Shown here: positions 26,462-38,280 of the stretch, piece after piece
Position numbering within the stretch: the first letter of the stretch is position 1
How the letters are laid out: every line of letters begins with the position of its first letter
NCBI RefSeq assembly: GCF_036321535.1
Contig: NC_087438.1
Location: 6,202,001 to 6,266,000 of the forward strand
From: Camelus dromedarius
Taxonomy: Eukaryota
Direction: 5' to 3'
Length of the DNA stretch: 64,000 nt
Position numbers and translations under genes: made by a program
Notes under the pieces: model-generated
Told to the model about the DNA's origin: nothing
What the model saw: the letters and a program-made list of their open reading frames with translations, nothing else
Databases searched by the model: none

Positions 26462-28501
26462 GGTCCTTCTGGGGCACCAAGAGTCTTTGTGACAGGCATC
26501 TGCTGGCGGGAAACAGGAGGTGACACAGCAATTCTGAGATGCAAGAGGGGGAGGAAACTGAAGACTAAGAGAACTATGGACAGGCCTCCTCACAGCCCTA
26601 GTGTGGCTGTGCTCATTGCTCCCGGAAAGATGGCCCATGAAACCGCCACTGCGATGAACAGTCGACCCTCTGTCAAAGGCCATCATGAACACCTGCTAAT
26701 ACCATGCAGCTCACATACGCTAAGACTGGAAAATTATTCAGCAAAGTGATAAGATTCATTTCTCAAAGTATGAAGAGTGGTTTTTCAAACCAGAAGATCT
26801 CTCACAGTTCCTGTGCTCTGTACATTTTACAAAGGGTCACCTTTCAACTTTACTTCCTCTGTTAAACTTTTAGTGGCTGGTCTTAGGACCTTGGCCCTGC
26901 CCAGAACTACCAAACGTCTGGCAGATGTGTTCTTGTTGCTGTCGGCTCTGGTGCTGACTGTGATTGCAGGGCTGGGGTGAGAGCGTCCAGTGCTTCCAGG
27001 GACAAGGCACACGAAGCAGATGATGGGAGAAGAGCCACCGCAGACATCACTTTCTGCTTGATTTTATACACCAACAGCTTTAGAGAAATAAACCAAATGC
27101 AAATACGTATAATTCCAGAAAAACTATACTGCTTCAGATATTATTTTAAAGACCCCATTTCTTCTTACATTATCTTCCTACAGTTGTGCAGTCAATGCAT
27201 TCAATCACGTCGGCAATCCTTCACCAGGTCGGGCTCAAGGGGACGTTGGAACTGGAAATTTACATTATATATTTCAAATGGGTCCAGAAGGGGATTTTAA
27301 ATCATATTTCAAGTTCATTTTTTAAAGAACAAATGAAGTAGAATCTACAAAGAGGAGGTGGATACATGGAGCATCGTGTGAGAATGTCCAAACATTGGAA
27401 TAAATCACTATAAATGCAAAGATTCAGAAAAAACAATCACAAGGAAGAAAATTGTGGTACAACTTTGATTTCACGCACTTTCTAAACTAACGGTCGCATG
27501 TAGGTTCTTCATGGAATGCTTTAAGATTTTAGGATTTCAAACTGAATTGATCTGGGATGGGGTGTGGGTGATGTCTTAAAAAAACACTCCCCAGATAGCA
27601 CCAATCTGCAGCCAGAGTTAGTAACTTCCTGGGTTGTCCGCCTGGAAAGAACAGATCTCCCCAGAAAGCTGCAGGAAAATATTCTTTCAGCACTAAAGGA
27701 CATCCAACCTTCCAACAGGAGAGTCTGAACTCTGTAGTGAGCCTGAATCATCCATCTATCTGGGTAAAGACAGATTGAAACAATCCGTGTTTCATTAGTT
27801 GGCATTAAAAGTAGTTTAACCATTATAACACGCTTCACTAGTATAGCTTTGTTTTGTTATGTTCATTTTTGGTGCCCATATTAAATGGGCTTTACAGCTT
27901 TTTGGTCAATTGAAAATTATACATGTGAAACTATACACGTCTGCTTCTTTACACATACATGTGTGCATCGGTATGAGATGTATATATGTACACGTGTGTG
28001 AGAGGAAGGGCGATTACATAGGATCATGAACACTGACTCTTCTAGCTGTGTTCATGCTGACTGACAGTGGTTCATCCTAGGAAAACCTTGTTTTACACAA
28101 GGAAGAATGGAATACGTTTGCTACAGACAAGATGACATAATCTAACAATAAAATGGTCATCAACGGCACAGGATACTGACTCTCTGTAAATTAAAAACCT
28201 GATTAGTTTTTCTTAACACGCATTTCCCGTTGGCCATAGAAATACTCGTACAAGTTGTTCACGGCGTCATCCCAGAGTCATTGAGAAGCTGGTTGGTCCG
28301 TCTTGGCCTCCACGCGAGAGGCAGTAGGACCTGATCACACAGGAGCGGGGCGTGAGGTTTACTCAGGAGGCGGTCTGCAGCCTCACTCCCATGAAAGGCT
28401 TTCTTTCAAGTAGCAATCACGCCTCAGCACATCTGGGGACACAGCGGCCCTTGAGGCCATGCAAAGAAAAATGCCACTAAACTGTTTCCTAAACAGTAGG
28501 C

Positions 28502-28507
28502 TTTATT
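28502..28507 (-). terminator. Polyadenylation signal AATAAA (probable distal SEMA5A site)
   Basis: Minus strand reads ...TTATGTAAATAG...TTGTAAGTGAGCATTGAAATAAAG... followed by GTTTAGTGGCATTTTTCTTTG. Upstream UGUA motifs and a downstream U-rich element are present. Confidence 0.65.
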
Positions 28508-31500
28508 TCAATGCTCACTTACAATAGAATGAGACAAACTATTTACATAAAACATAAGTACAAAAAATATAATACAATTTTTACTGTACATATTAGGGGT
28601 CTCTTATTTTGTCCCCAAAATGGCAGATAGAGATGAGGAAGGGCTGCTATGAAAGGAAGATGGCTGGACCGTCACCAGGACTGGGGGTTGTTCTTTATGA
28701 ATTTATTGTTTGCAAAAGATGACGTTTCTAGCAACTGGCAATTCGCCAAGAACAGAGGGTGAGCAGGAAAGTCTCACTGCTGTGGCACCAGCTCATTTGA
28801 CCTTATGAGCACGTCTGTTTTCCTCAGGGGTGAGGCTGGGAGCATGAGAGCCGGTGTCTGCTGACTGGCTGGGTCACCCGCCTGCCCCTCCCTGAACTTC
28901 CACTGTTGATCCGGGGCAGCAGGAGATAAGGTCCCGCCTGCCCGGCCACAACTGGGGTCCTAAACTGATTCTGAAAACAGAGTCTCTGTCAGGTGTCACT
29001 AGACAACCTTCTTGGATGTAGACCTGGACAGCTCTCACGTGAGCGTTTAAGACCAGCGAATTGATGAACAGAAAAGATGAAAGTAAAGACCACTGGAAAC
29101 TTGTACTGCACATTTCTAACATCCAGGTTTCCGATGAAACCCTGAAAGTCGAATGTAAGGACGGAGAAACAGTGTGGTACCCACAACAGTCCTGAAAGGG
29201 AGTGCCTGGCAACCCATGAGCATCCCGACAGGGCAGCCAAATCTCCATTTCTCTCGTTCAAATGAAGGGGAGACAATGCTACCTCATCCTGAAAAAGCTC
29301 CATTATGACGAATACATTTTGCCTTTAAAAAATGAACCTCAAGGTCAGTAACTTTCTCTAAGTTTACCAAGGGCGTAAGGTGGCTTGGGAGAAGGTTCAA
29401 AGAAAAAAAATGAAACAATCCCAAATAAGTTTATTTTGTATCACAAAACAGCAACAGCAAATTAACACAGAATGAGGCATTTAACATTTTGTAACGTCTT
29501 CAAAAGTCACAAGTGGCATAACACACAAGTTCAGGTACACACTTTTGAAGAACCCTACATTGGACCAAGTTTGTGTATTTTCTTTGCGGACGATGTAGAA
29601 TTTTGGTGATGAATGTAGGTGCTTGTGTTGAAGGTTCATACTGTGCTTTCTTTCAAAGTGCAGAAGTTCAGGTTTGATTTTGGCCAACAGTCATGGTACA
29701 GGGGAAAAGAAATCAACTTTAGCAGAGAAAACACCGTTAACTTTCTTAACCCAAATTGAGTGACAAATTTGTGAACTTGTGAAGCAGTTTTGACACTGAC
29801 CTCAAACAAACAAACAGCAGGCAATATTCCAGGCGGTTCTCATCCCAACCACCGAATCTGTGGCAGCCATCACTAGCCTGTATCTGATTTTTTGACTCTA
29901 CAGACTTGCCCCAAAAGGGACAGTGACAAAAACCTCTACCTTCTATAGGCATCCTGTTGGCATTCCTACTACAGAACAAACGCTAAGGTGTTTGTTCTTT
30001 TGGAAAATGTAAAATTAAAGTGATGTCAGTTTCTGGAAGGCTGAGATGGGTTCACCTAAATTCTGAACACACCAGGGCACCTCTTCCTCTGGTGCCGCAC
30101 CCCCGTGAGGGCGGAAGTCACATCTGACTGTGGTGTGCTTCTTGTTCGTGTTCTGTTCCTGAGTTCAGAGACACATAAGAATGACTTTCTTCAAAGTGCA
30201 GCCAGTCAGTCCTCTGCTTTGAACTAACGAGACCCAGATGAAGTGATAAATCACCATCTTAAAACAAGGCACTGGCAGCTTTGTACAGGAAATTAAACTA
30301 TCTGCACCTCCTATCAAAGCTCTCTTCTTAGTGACAAGATGCCAGGATAGTTTGGATTTTCCAGAATCCAGACTTTGCTCCCAGCTCGTATTACCTGACA
30401 TGGGAACCATTTTGAACTTCCATACGTCTCATACCTGGGCCATTTGGCATCAAGTGGCCAAAAAGCTGAGAAAGAATAGGACCGTGTTTGAACTGGTGGC
30501 CTCAGATTTCCCACATGGAAGAGGTGGAATGAATTTTATTGTGGACGCAATATGTTAGTTTAAGAAATGCCACAGGGTGGTTTTCTGGCTCGAGCTTTCT
30601 CCTTTCAGGCCTTAAAGTATCTTTGACTCGTTACCGTCATCATGTCAACACAGTGAAACGTGTCTGCTTGAATGGTACCGAACCTGGTCACGGGTCATAA
30701 GCCTGATTATTTTTTTATGGCAGAACTAATCTGATCTCATGAGAATACTGTATGAGACAGTTTCACTGGGCCCAGTGCTTCGTGTCAGGCTCCGAATTTG
30801 GTTTTGACGATATCCCTTGTCCCTTCGCAGTGTGAACTTATATTTTCAAGACAAGACGTCTCCATTCCTGATGCTTCTGCAACATGTACCTAATTTTTGG
30901 TGATGCAACATATGACCAGTCAGAAAAATCCTGGACCCACCTGCTCCAGCAATATCTATAATGCATCTTTAACATAAATCCATAGAAAAGGAGTATGGCG
31001 CAGTCATTCTAAAACTCCCTGCCAATAGTCCCACTCCGCATCTTCATTATTTTTCAATTTCCAAAAGAGAAAAGAAGCCAGGATTAAAGCAATTTATTTT
31101 CTTGCCTTTTATCAGGTTATCAAAATAGATCACCAGAATGCCTTGGTTCTGTATTTATCGAATTACAAAACATCTTTAAATCAATTATTATTAACGATCT
31201 CAGTAGGAAGGAACAGCTGAAATAAACCCCACAATGGGCGCTGGTCCCCAGATACTTTACCTGACACACTAATGTGCTGCGAAACAGTCAGCATTACCTT
31301 TTGTGCATTTCTCAGGCCAAAATGAATGTTACTCTGTTCTCCTATTTCACACCCATTGATTAGAGAAGCAAGGGGCTCAGCATGGCTTTCTAGTGTCTGA
31401 TAATAAAGCCAGAGGTAATCAGAGGTAATCAATTTTTGGTAGCATCACCATAAATCACCAAGTCAACACAAATTACCATGAAATAAGAGACATTAGAAGG

Positions 31501-33096
31501 GATAATGCGCTGGACACGGCCAATGAGGTCTGTGAACTCCAATTTGTACCATCTTAAAAAATAAGAGGGGAGAGTTTGCATTTGGGAAGATTCAAGATTG
31601 TTGTTTTAATTCCCTGCCTTCACAGAAAATGGTGACCGGAGCTGCGGGACGACGCGCGAGGAGAGCAGCGGCTCGGAGCAGACTCATGTTGTCTCTGGAC
31701 AGGTGCCCCAGAGTCACCTTCTGAAACAGAAAGACTGAACTCAACGTAGTTACCCCCAAAATGCCACACACAAGAAAACGCCACAGAAGTATAAAAGACA
31801 CCCTGGGGCCAAAGAAAGTTCATGACCGTGGGTGGAAGTCAGCGTTGGGAGTGGCTTGACGGTGCTGGGAAACGTGCATGATTTACTCTAGCAGCGAGGG
31901 AACCGTCGTCCAGGAGCGTCACGCGTGTGTAAGCGCGAGCTCCCTCAAGGCCGCACCTTCCGTGCGCGTCAAGGAAGTGTTTACGCGAACCGGTGGCTGA
32001 GAGCAGGCTCGATACGTGTTTAAGTGAAGTCTCCCTTGACCTGCAGTCACGCTCTAATGCGTCCTCAGGCAGCCCCCGGGCGCCTGGAGACCCCTGCTGA
32101 GACTCTGTCCCTAACTTTGAAGGCACCTGACCCGCTAACTCCACCAAAGACCCCAGTGGGAACACTCCCCACACAGGCTTTGACTCCCATGAATGTCACC
32201 CTTTCACAGATAATGAGGAACAGAGGCACCTTCACCTGCGCTCCGGGCGGTCGGCCCCGGAGGATCCAGGGATCAGACCCACAGGACCGTGCGTGCCCGT
32301 CACGGTCCCCACTCAGGACCGCCCACAACACTCAGCTGGAGTGACCGGGTCCCATTCTCACCGTCCCCTCCGCCCACATTTGCTTCCTTTCTCTTTGGCA
32401 TCACTCGTGGGTCCGTGGGGCCAGATCCCTGGTTCCCGCTGACCCCGTGGCCTGACCCTTCTTGGGGACAGAGGCTGCTCCACGGCAGGGACACCCTCAC
32501 CCTCACCCGTTACTCCTCGCAGTTCCTGGAGGGCCTCTGCCCACCCTCCACCCTCTCTCCCCCCAGTATCGATGCCCATCCCCTACAGGCTCAGTGAGAT
32601 GTCCCTGAAGGGGCAGGAAGCTCAGCTCCTCCCAGCAGCTTCCAGGGCCAGCAGCACAGACATACGCCTAAAGCCAGACGGGCAGGTGTGCAAGGAGACA
32701 CCCGGGTCTGGGGGCGCTGGGTCTCCACGTAGCAGAGCCTGGCCCTGCGCCCCAGAGCCCCCGGAATTCACGGAGTCCCTGTCATGCAGGTGGCAGAGCC
32801 CTGACATTCATCAGAGCCACCATCTGCAGGGCTGTTCTGGGGAGGCCTCGTGCTCTGCAGCGAGCGGGGATTCTGCAGCACCGCAGGGCCAGCATTAGAG
32901 GATGGCGAGTCTGGAGAAAGCCCTGAACGCTGGGGGTCACTTCCAATCCAAGTGCGAGACTAAAGCCAGTTTCCTGTGAAAACCAGCCAGACTGCTACGG
33001 TATCCAGAAATGGCCCTAGAAGTTAAACTGATGAATGCCATTTAATGTTAGGCTGAGAGAGATGCGTCTTAAAAATCTATGTGTGCTGCTTGTACC

Positions 33097-33190
33097 AGAA
33101 AGAGAGAAAGAGAGAGAGAGAAAGAAAGAAGGAAAGAAAGAAAGGAAGGAAGGAAAGAAGGAAGGAAAAAGATAAGAAAAAAGATAAAGA
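33097..33190. repeat. Purine-rich microsatellite (GA/GAAA/GGAA)n within the 3' UTR
   Basis: Seen directly. Confidence 0.9.
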
Positions 33191-35818
33191 GACACTGAAG
33201 GAGTCACACAGAAATGTAAAATGTGACAAGTGTTGGTGGGAACCCCAACCATCCCAGCCTAAAGAGCTGCTGTATGAAGGGGCTTCCAGCAGAAGCGGCA
33301 GGCGCCACCTGGAGAGTCCACCACGTGGGGGCTTAACAAGGGGCGTGGAGGGGAGGCGTAGACACGTGAGCAACAGCTGTGCAGTCGCGGGAAAACGCGA
33401 GGGACCCCACAGCTGGTTAAAACACGCAGATCACAGCTGAGACCACCCTAAACCAACGGATGTCCTGTTAAGCTCGAGGGAAGGCTGCAAGGAAGGAAGA
33501 AGGGAGGGAGAGAGAGAGAGAGAACGGAACAATCTTCTTTTGAATAGAGTGTCAGGGAACAGGAACGAGTGAATTTCTTTGCTGTGATAAGAGTAAAGAT
33601 TGATGCAATCAGCAACATGAAAACCTGCCGTGGGGGAGGGCGCTCCCCCTAGTCATCGCACAGGATTGATTAAAGACCAACTCTGATGTCATTTGAAAGC
33701 ATTTCCCATCAAGTTCAGTGATGCTATTTAAAAAATACCAGTGTCTTCTTTCCTAGGGGAAACAGAAGGACCTTTTAAGCTTAGAAAATATTGTGGGGGA
33801 AGGATTCAAAAAACTGCTAAAATGTGCTACCCAGTGAGAATATTTGTCTTTCAGGAAAGTGATGAGACAGGTTGAAGCATCCGATAGAAATCCAACCCAA
33901 AAGCAATTAGAAGACTGTCTGGCTAACTTTCACCCCCTAAGTGCGGCCTTAGCCTAAAGACAGCAAGTGCACGCAGCGCACGAGACGCGCAGCAGAGGCA
34001 GCGTGAACTTCCCACCAGAAGGATGCGGAGCGTGACTCATGTGCAATCTCTCAGACCTCCCCGAGCCCACCTGCAATTTGACTTTAAATTTTAGTAGAGC
34101 CATTTCTGAACATGCGGGGATATGAGAATATTTTGATTTCAACCACATTCATTACTAAACACAGGATTTCCCAATTTCTTTAAATCAGACAGGGTAAAAA
34201 CATGTAAGCTAGTAAGACTGTATCCCTCGGTGCCCATGCTGTGTTTTCACAGATCTGAGGGTTCATTTATCAATAAGAACATGTTTTAATGTCCACCCAG
34301 GCTGCTATCACAATGCCCAGAGGCATCAAATGGACACTTTCAATCTTGGTCTAACTTTCAATAATTATTCAACCAACTGCCGTATGTTATGTATCAACTT
34401 TTTTGTGTGAGTAATTTAGCCTGTTTTTTTTTTCCTTCTGGGGGCCACTATGAATAGTATCATAACACTCTGAAATGCTTATGAGTGATCAAAGCTCAGA
34501 ACCACAGGGATCATTAAAAACCTTACTTCCAGATACACTGATTTCTCAAGGGAGGTCTCGAAATGCTGTTGCTGCCATGCAGGGAGGAGGCGCGGTGGGC
34601 GGGTGGGAAGGCAGCACTGAGATAAAAAATAAAAGGCACCAGAGCTAAACATCGCCTCCTCACCTGACCCGGAGGCAGCAAATGACAGCTTGGTACTTGG
34701 GGAGCACTTCCATGTGCACCGCGACCAGCTTTACACACCACTGATGCTCTGGGGAGGGCTGGTGGCCGTACACTGGTTCTCTCAGGGAGATGGAAAATAA
34801 GAAGTTGCTTTTCATTAAGTGTCAGTTCTTTCCATACTTTCCATAACATGGAAAATAAAAAAGTTGTTTTCAGTTCTGTTTCAGTACTTTCCATACTTTC
34901 TTCATCGGCATCATGAATGTTCAAGATTTTCTTTGCAGAGAGAGGGGAGGTGTCAAGTCTATTATTCAAATGCTAAACAAGTGGTCATTTTACAGATTGG
35001 TTTTTTGGGATGTTACTACAGACCAGACAGGTGGGTTTCCAGGCCAACCGCGTGGCAAGGAGCTCCCTGCAGTCTCATGAAGTCCCTAAGTCAGAATAAG
35101 GCTAGCTTCGCGGCCACCTGCAGACGCGTTCCCCCTTCCCTGCGTCCGTGCCTCTGCCCTGTAACTCACCTCCCCCCGTGACAGCACAGTAACCACTGCA
35201 AGACTCACTCCTCGTACCGCCGCCTCTGCAGGTGCAAGCCAGGCTGGATCCCCGGGCTTCCTCAGGCAGGAATCATCCCAAGTCCAAACGCACACAGTAT
35301 CATCCCGACTGAGGAGATGGAGAGCCGTGGTGAGTCACTGCAGGGCCACATTCAGAGCCTGCATTTCATCAGTCCTATAAACCGTGTGGAGGTGGGGAGG
35401 CTCTCATACAAAGTGCCTATTTTCTTGAATTGAAACAAAGTGAAGATTTACGCTCAAGAGCAAGAAGAGGTTCACGTCTCTAAAGACTCCTTCCAACGCA
35501 GGTGGTACATTTACGAAAAGCTCAAGAAAACAAGCGACTTGTTAGAAAAAATGGACTGAACACAAGAAAAAAAAAAAAACCATCACACCATGGCTCATTA
35601 AACAAGGATCAAGAAGGAGACCAGATTTTCACGATGTCATATTTAGATTTTTGTTGCTTTTTAAGGACATGTATTTTTGGCAGCAATGGGACACTGGTGG
35701 CTTGAAATGCACTTGAAATGCATCCAAACTCCATCTCTGAAGTCTTGGAGACATGGGCAGTCGTGGAGCGCAGGCCTCGAGGAGCCGGGGAGTTACAGGA
35801 AGCCAAAAACATCAACGC

Positions 35819-35938
35819 TTAGTAGTCATCGTAGTTGTTGAGATCTGTAAAGTAGGCGTTAGAGTAGGTCTTGCCAGTGAGATGCGGGTTGAAGTATCTG
35901 TTTCTTTCCTCTAGGATCAAGTTGTTCTTGTTGAATGC
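35819..35938 (-). CDS. SEMA5A: SEMA5A terminal exon, coding part (39 aa + TAA)
   Basis: AFNKNNLILEERNRYFNPHLTGKTYSNAYFTDLNNYDDY*. Acceptor CAG at 35941-35939, stop TAA at 35821-35819. Too short for the ORF track. Confidence 0.96.
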   Translation of the reverse strand, partial: AFNKNNLILEERNRYFNPHLTGKTYSNAYFTDLNNYDDY

Positions 35939-36014
35939 CTGCGACAAAATAAAATAGAAGATTTAAGGATGCTCAGTAAATAGTGTTTCAGGAAGAGAAT
36001 GTAATTAGGAGACA

Positions 36015-36269
36015 GAGTTGACCCTTCAACAATGCGAGCGTTAGGGGCGCAGGACTATCCTTGCGGCTGGAAATCGGAGTGTAACTCAGTCAGCCCTCTA
36101 TCATTCTTCCGTTATCTGTGGTCCTTCTCTATCTGCGGTTCCCCTGTATCCACAGCGTAGCATCCCAGAGTCAGCCAACCTCTGAGTGTGCAGTATTGTC
36201 GTATTTAATTGATAAAAATCTGCATGTAAGTGGACCTGTGCAGTTCAAATATCATTCAAGGGCCAGCTG
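36015..36269. mobile_element. Tigger2-family MITE (MER8/Tigger2a-like)
   Basis: TIRs gagttgacccttcaa ... ttcaagggccagctg; internal aaaaatctgcatgtaagtggacctgtgcagttcaaa. Confidence 0.85.
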
Positions 36270-36913
36270 TCTATGGAATTTCAACTCTCTGATAAGGCCC
36301 CGTTATTTTAAAATGTGTTTTCTCATTTCCTTGCTTCGTCACATCATTTGCCTTGCTGAGGACTTGCCTCGTAATTAGCAAGAGGTTGGTAGGTTTTCAG
36401 ACCAGTCTGTTTCTGAGCTTTCATCAGAAATTCTACTTTTAAATTTTAGTCAGGAAGTTTCCAAGAGCTAGAAAAATTGAAATCTCCAGGAAACCTAAAA
36501 CTCTAGTGATTGCAAATTCATAAACACTTTGAATATTACCCCATATAACTGAGTAGGTGTTTAAGCAGCTTTCTGATCACCATGGTACACTGACAAGAGA
36601 TTTTGAAGGAACACTTTTAAATAAATGCACAAAATTCTTTATTTCTTTTCTTTTTCTGCACTTGTTAGAAGGTGACTACTGGGACCATTTCTGACACAGA
36701 TGCACTTCCACAATTAATCATAAAAGTTACCTTTTAAAGAGCTGAACACTCCCAGATACAGAGTAAATTTTGAGAGGATCAAAGTAAAGATTATGGTGGT
36801 GGGCAGAGCCTAGATGTCCAGGACTTGTCTGGACAAGGTATCAGAAGAAAGTTCTAGAAAGATTCATTAGAGACTAGACAGCAGTACTCTGCCTTCAGAG
36901 CAGCAAGATTTCT

Positions 36914-37080
36914 CTTTTTTAAATTTATTTTCATTTATTTATTTTTTTAAACACTTTTTATTGAGCTACAGCCATTTTACAATGTTGTGTCAAATTCCAG
37001 TGTAGAGCACAATGTTTCAGTTATACACGGACATACATACATTCACTGTCACATTTTTTTTCGCTGTGAGCCACCACAAG
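36914..37080 (-). mobile_element. Very short L1 3' end insertion with 18-bp TSD, sense to SEMA5A
   Basis: TSD cagagcagcaagatttct (36896-36913) / cagagcagcaagacttct (37081-37098). T-rich tail on the plus strand. Homologous to the L1 3' end at ~10205-10320. Confidence 0.9.
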
Positions 37081-37830
37081 CAGAGCAGCAAGACTTCTGA
37101 TTATCTTCAGTGGCTGCTGGATCGTAAGTGAGAATGGAAGGCCAGCTGAAGTATCTCCAACGCTTGAAGTGACAGAGACCACAGAGAAGCTGCTGCTACG
37201 CTTCCTTTCACCACAGCACTGGTGCCCACCTGACATGCTGTACAATCTACTTATTAATATATTTATTTTAATGCCTGCTCCCCCGTCCCCCGTCAACAAA
37301 CACTCAAGCTGAAATATAATATGTCCACGAGTAGAGACTCTTGTTGGAATCACATTTAGAAAGGCCCCATTCTTGGGTCCTGGAGGTTTTCTTCCTTGAA
37401 GATGTTTGCTCGTAGAAGCTCCCGTTCCCCCTCGCCCTCTGGGAGCGTGGTGCTGAGAGGGTGCAGGGGGTGTGTTATTCATTCTGGGCGCTTCATGCCC
37501 CGACTCTGTCATCTGATGAGTACAAGGTGCTGATGGATTCTGGATCCCAGTGTACGCAGGGTCCATGAGTGAAAGTGAATTGGTGCTGCTTCTGTCCAAG
37601 TGGGGGGCCTCATGGCAGTGGGGAACAAGTGAGGACACTGAGGCTCCTGGGACATAAGACCTTCCAACCAGCTGAAGTGGTAAGGGTTGGAGATATTCCA
37701 TATTCCCATGTGGGAAGAAAAATGAATTTCAAAGGAAACCATCACAGAAGAGAGAGGACATAAAAATGCTCCCTAGAAATATTAAAGGTAAACACCAACT
37801 TAACAGGAATATCAAAATTTAGATAACTTC

Positions 37831-38280
37831 ATGAAATAATGCCTTTGCAGCAACATGGATGGACTTAGAGATGATCATACTGAGTGAAGTAAGCCAGACA
37901 GAGACAAATATTATATATCACTTATATGTGGTATCTAAAAAAATAATACAAATGAACTTATTTACAAAATAGAAACAGACTCACAGACATAGAAAACAAA
38001 CTGACGGTTACCAAAGGAGAAAGGAGGGAAGGGATAAATTGGGGATAGGAGATTAACAGATACAGACTAACATAGAAAACAGATAAACAACAAGGATTTC
38101 CTGTAGAGCACAGGAAACTATATTCAATATCTTGTAATAACATGTCACAGAAAATAATTGGAAATATATCTATATCTATATAGTGTGTAACTGAATCACT
38201 TTACTGTACACCTGAAACTAACACAATATTGTGTATTAACCACAATTCAACAGAAGGAAAAAAGAGGAAAAAAACAAGAA
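37831..38280 (+). mobile_element. L1 3' end fragment
   Basis: atgaaataatgcctttgcagcaacatggatggacttagag...ctgtacacctgaaactaacacaatattg, then an A-rich tail. Confidence 0.9.

Larger units (their letters stand above)
28480..35818 (-). other. SEMA5A: Probable long (~7.3 kb) SEMA5A 3' UTR
   Basis: Repeat-poor stretch after the stop codon. It ends in an AU-rich block with several TGTA motifs, AATAAA (28502-28507) and a U-rich downstream element. Human SEMA5A is known to have a multi-kb 3' UTR. The 3' end is inferred, not proven. Confidence 0.7.

Noticed and set aside
37021..37701. 226-aa minus-strand ORF in the last intron
   Set aside because: No recognisable homology, it ends inside an L1 tail, and the SEMA5A exon chain is complete without it.
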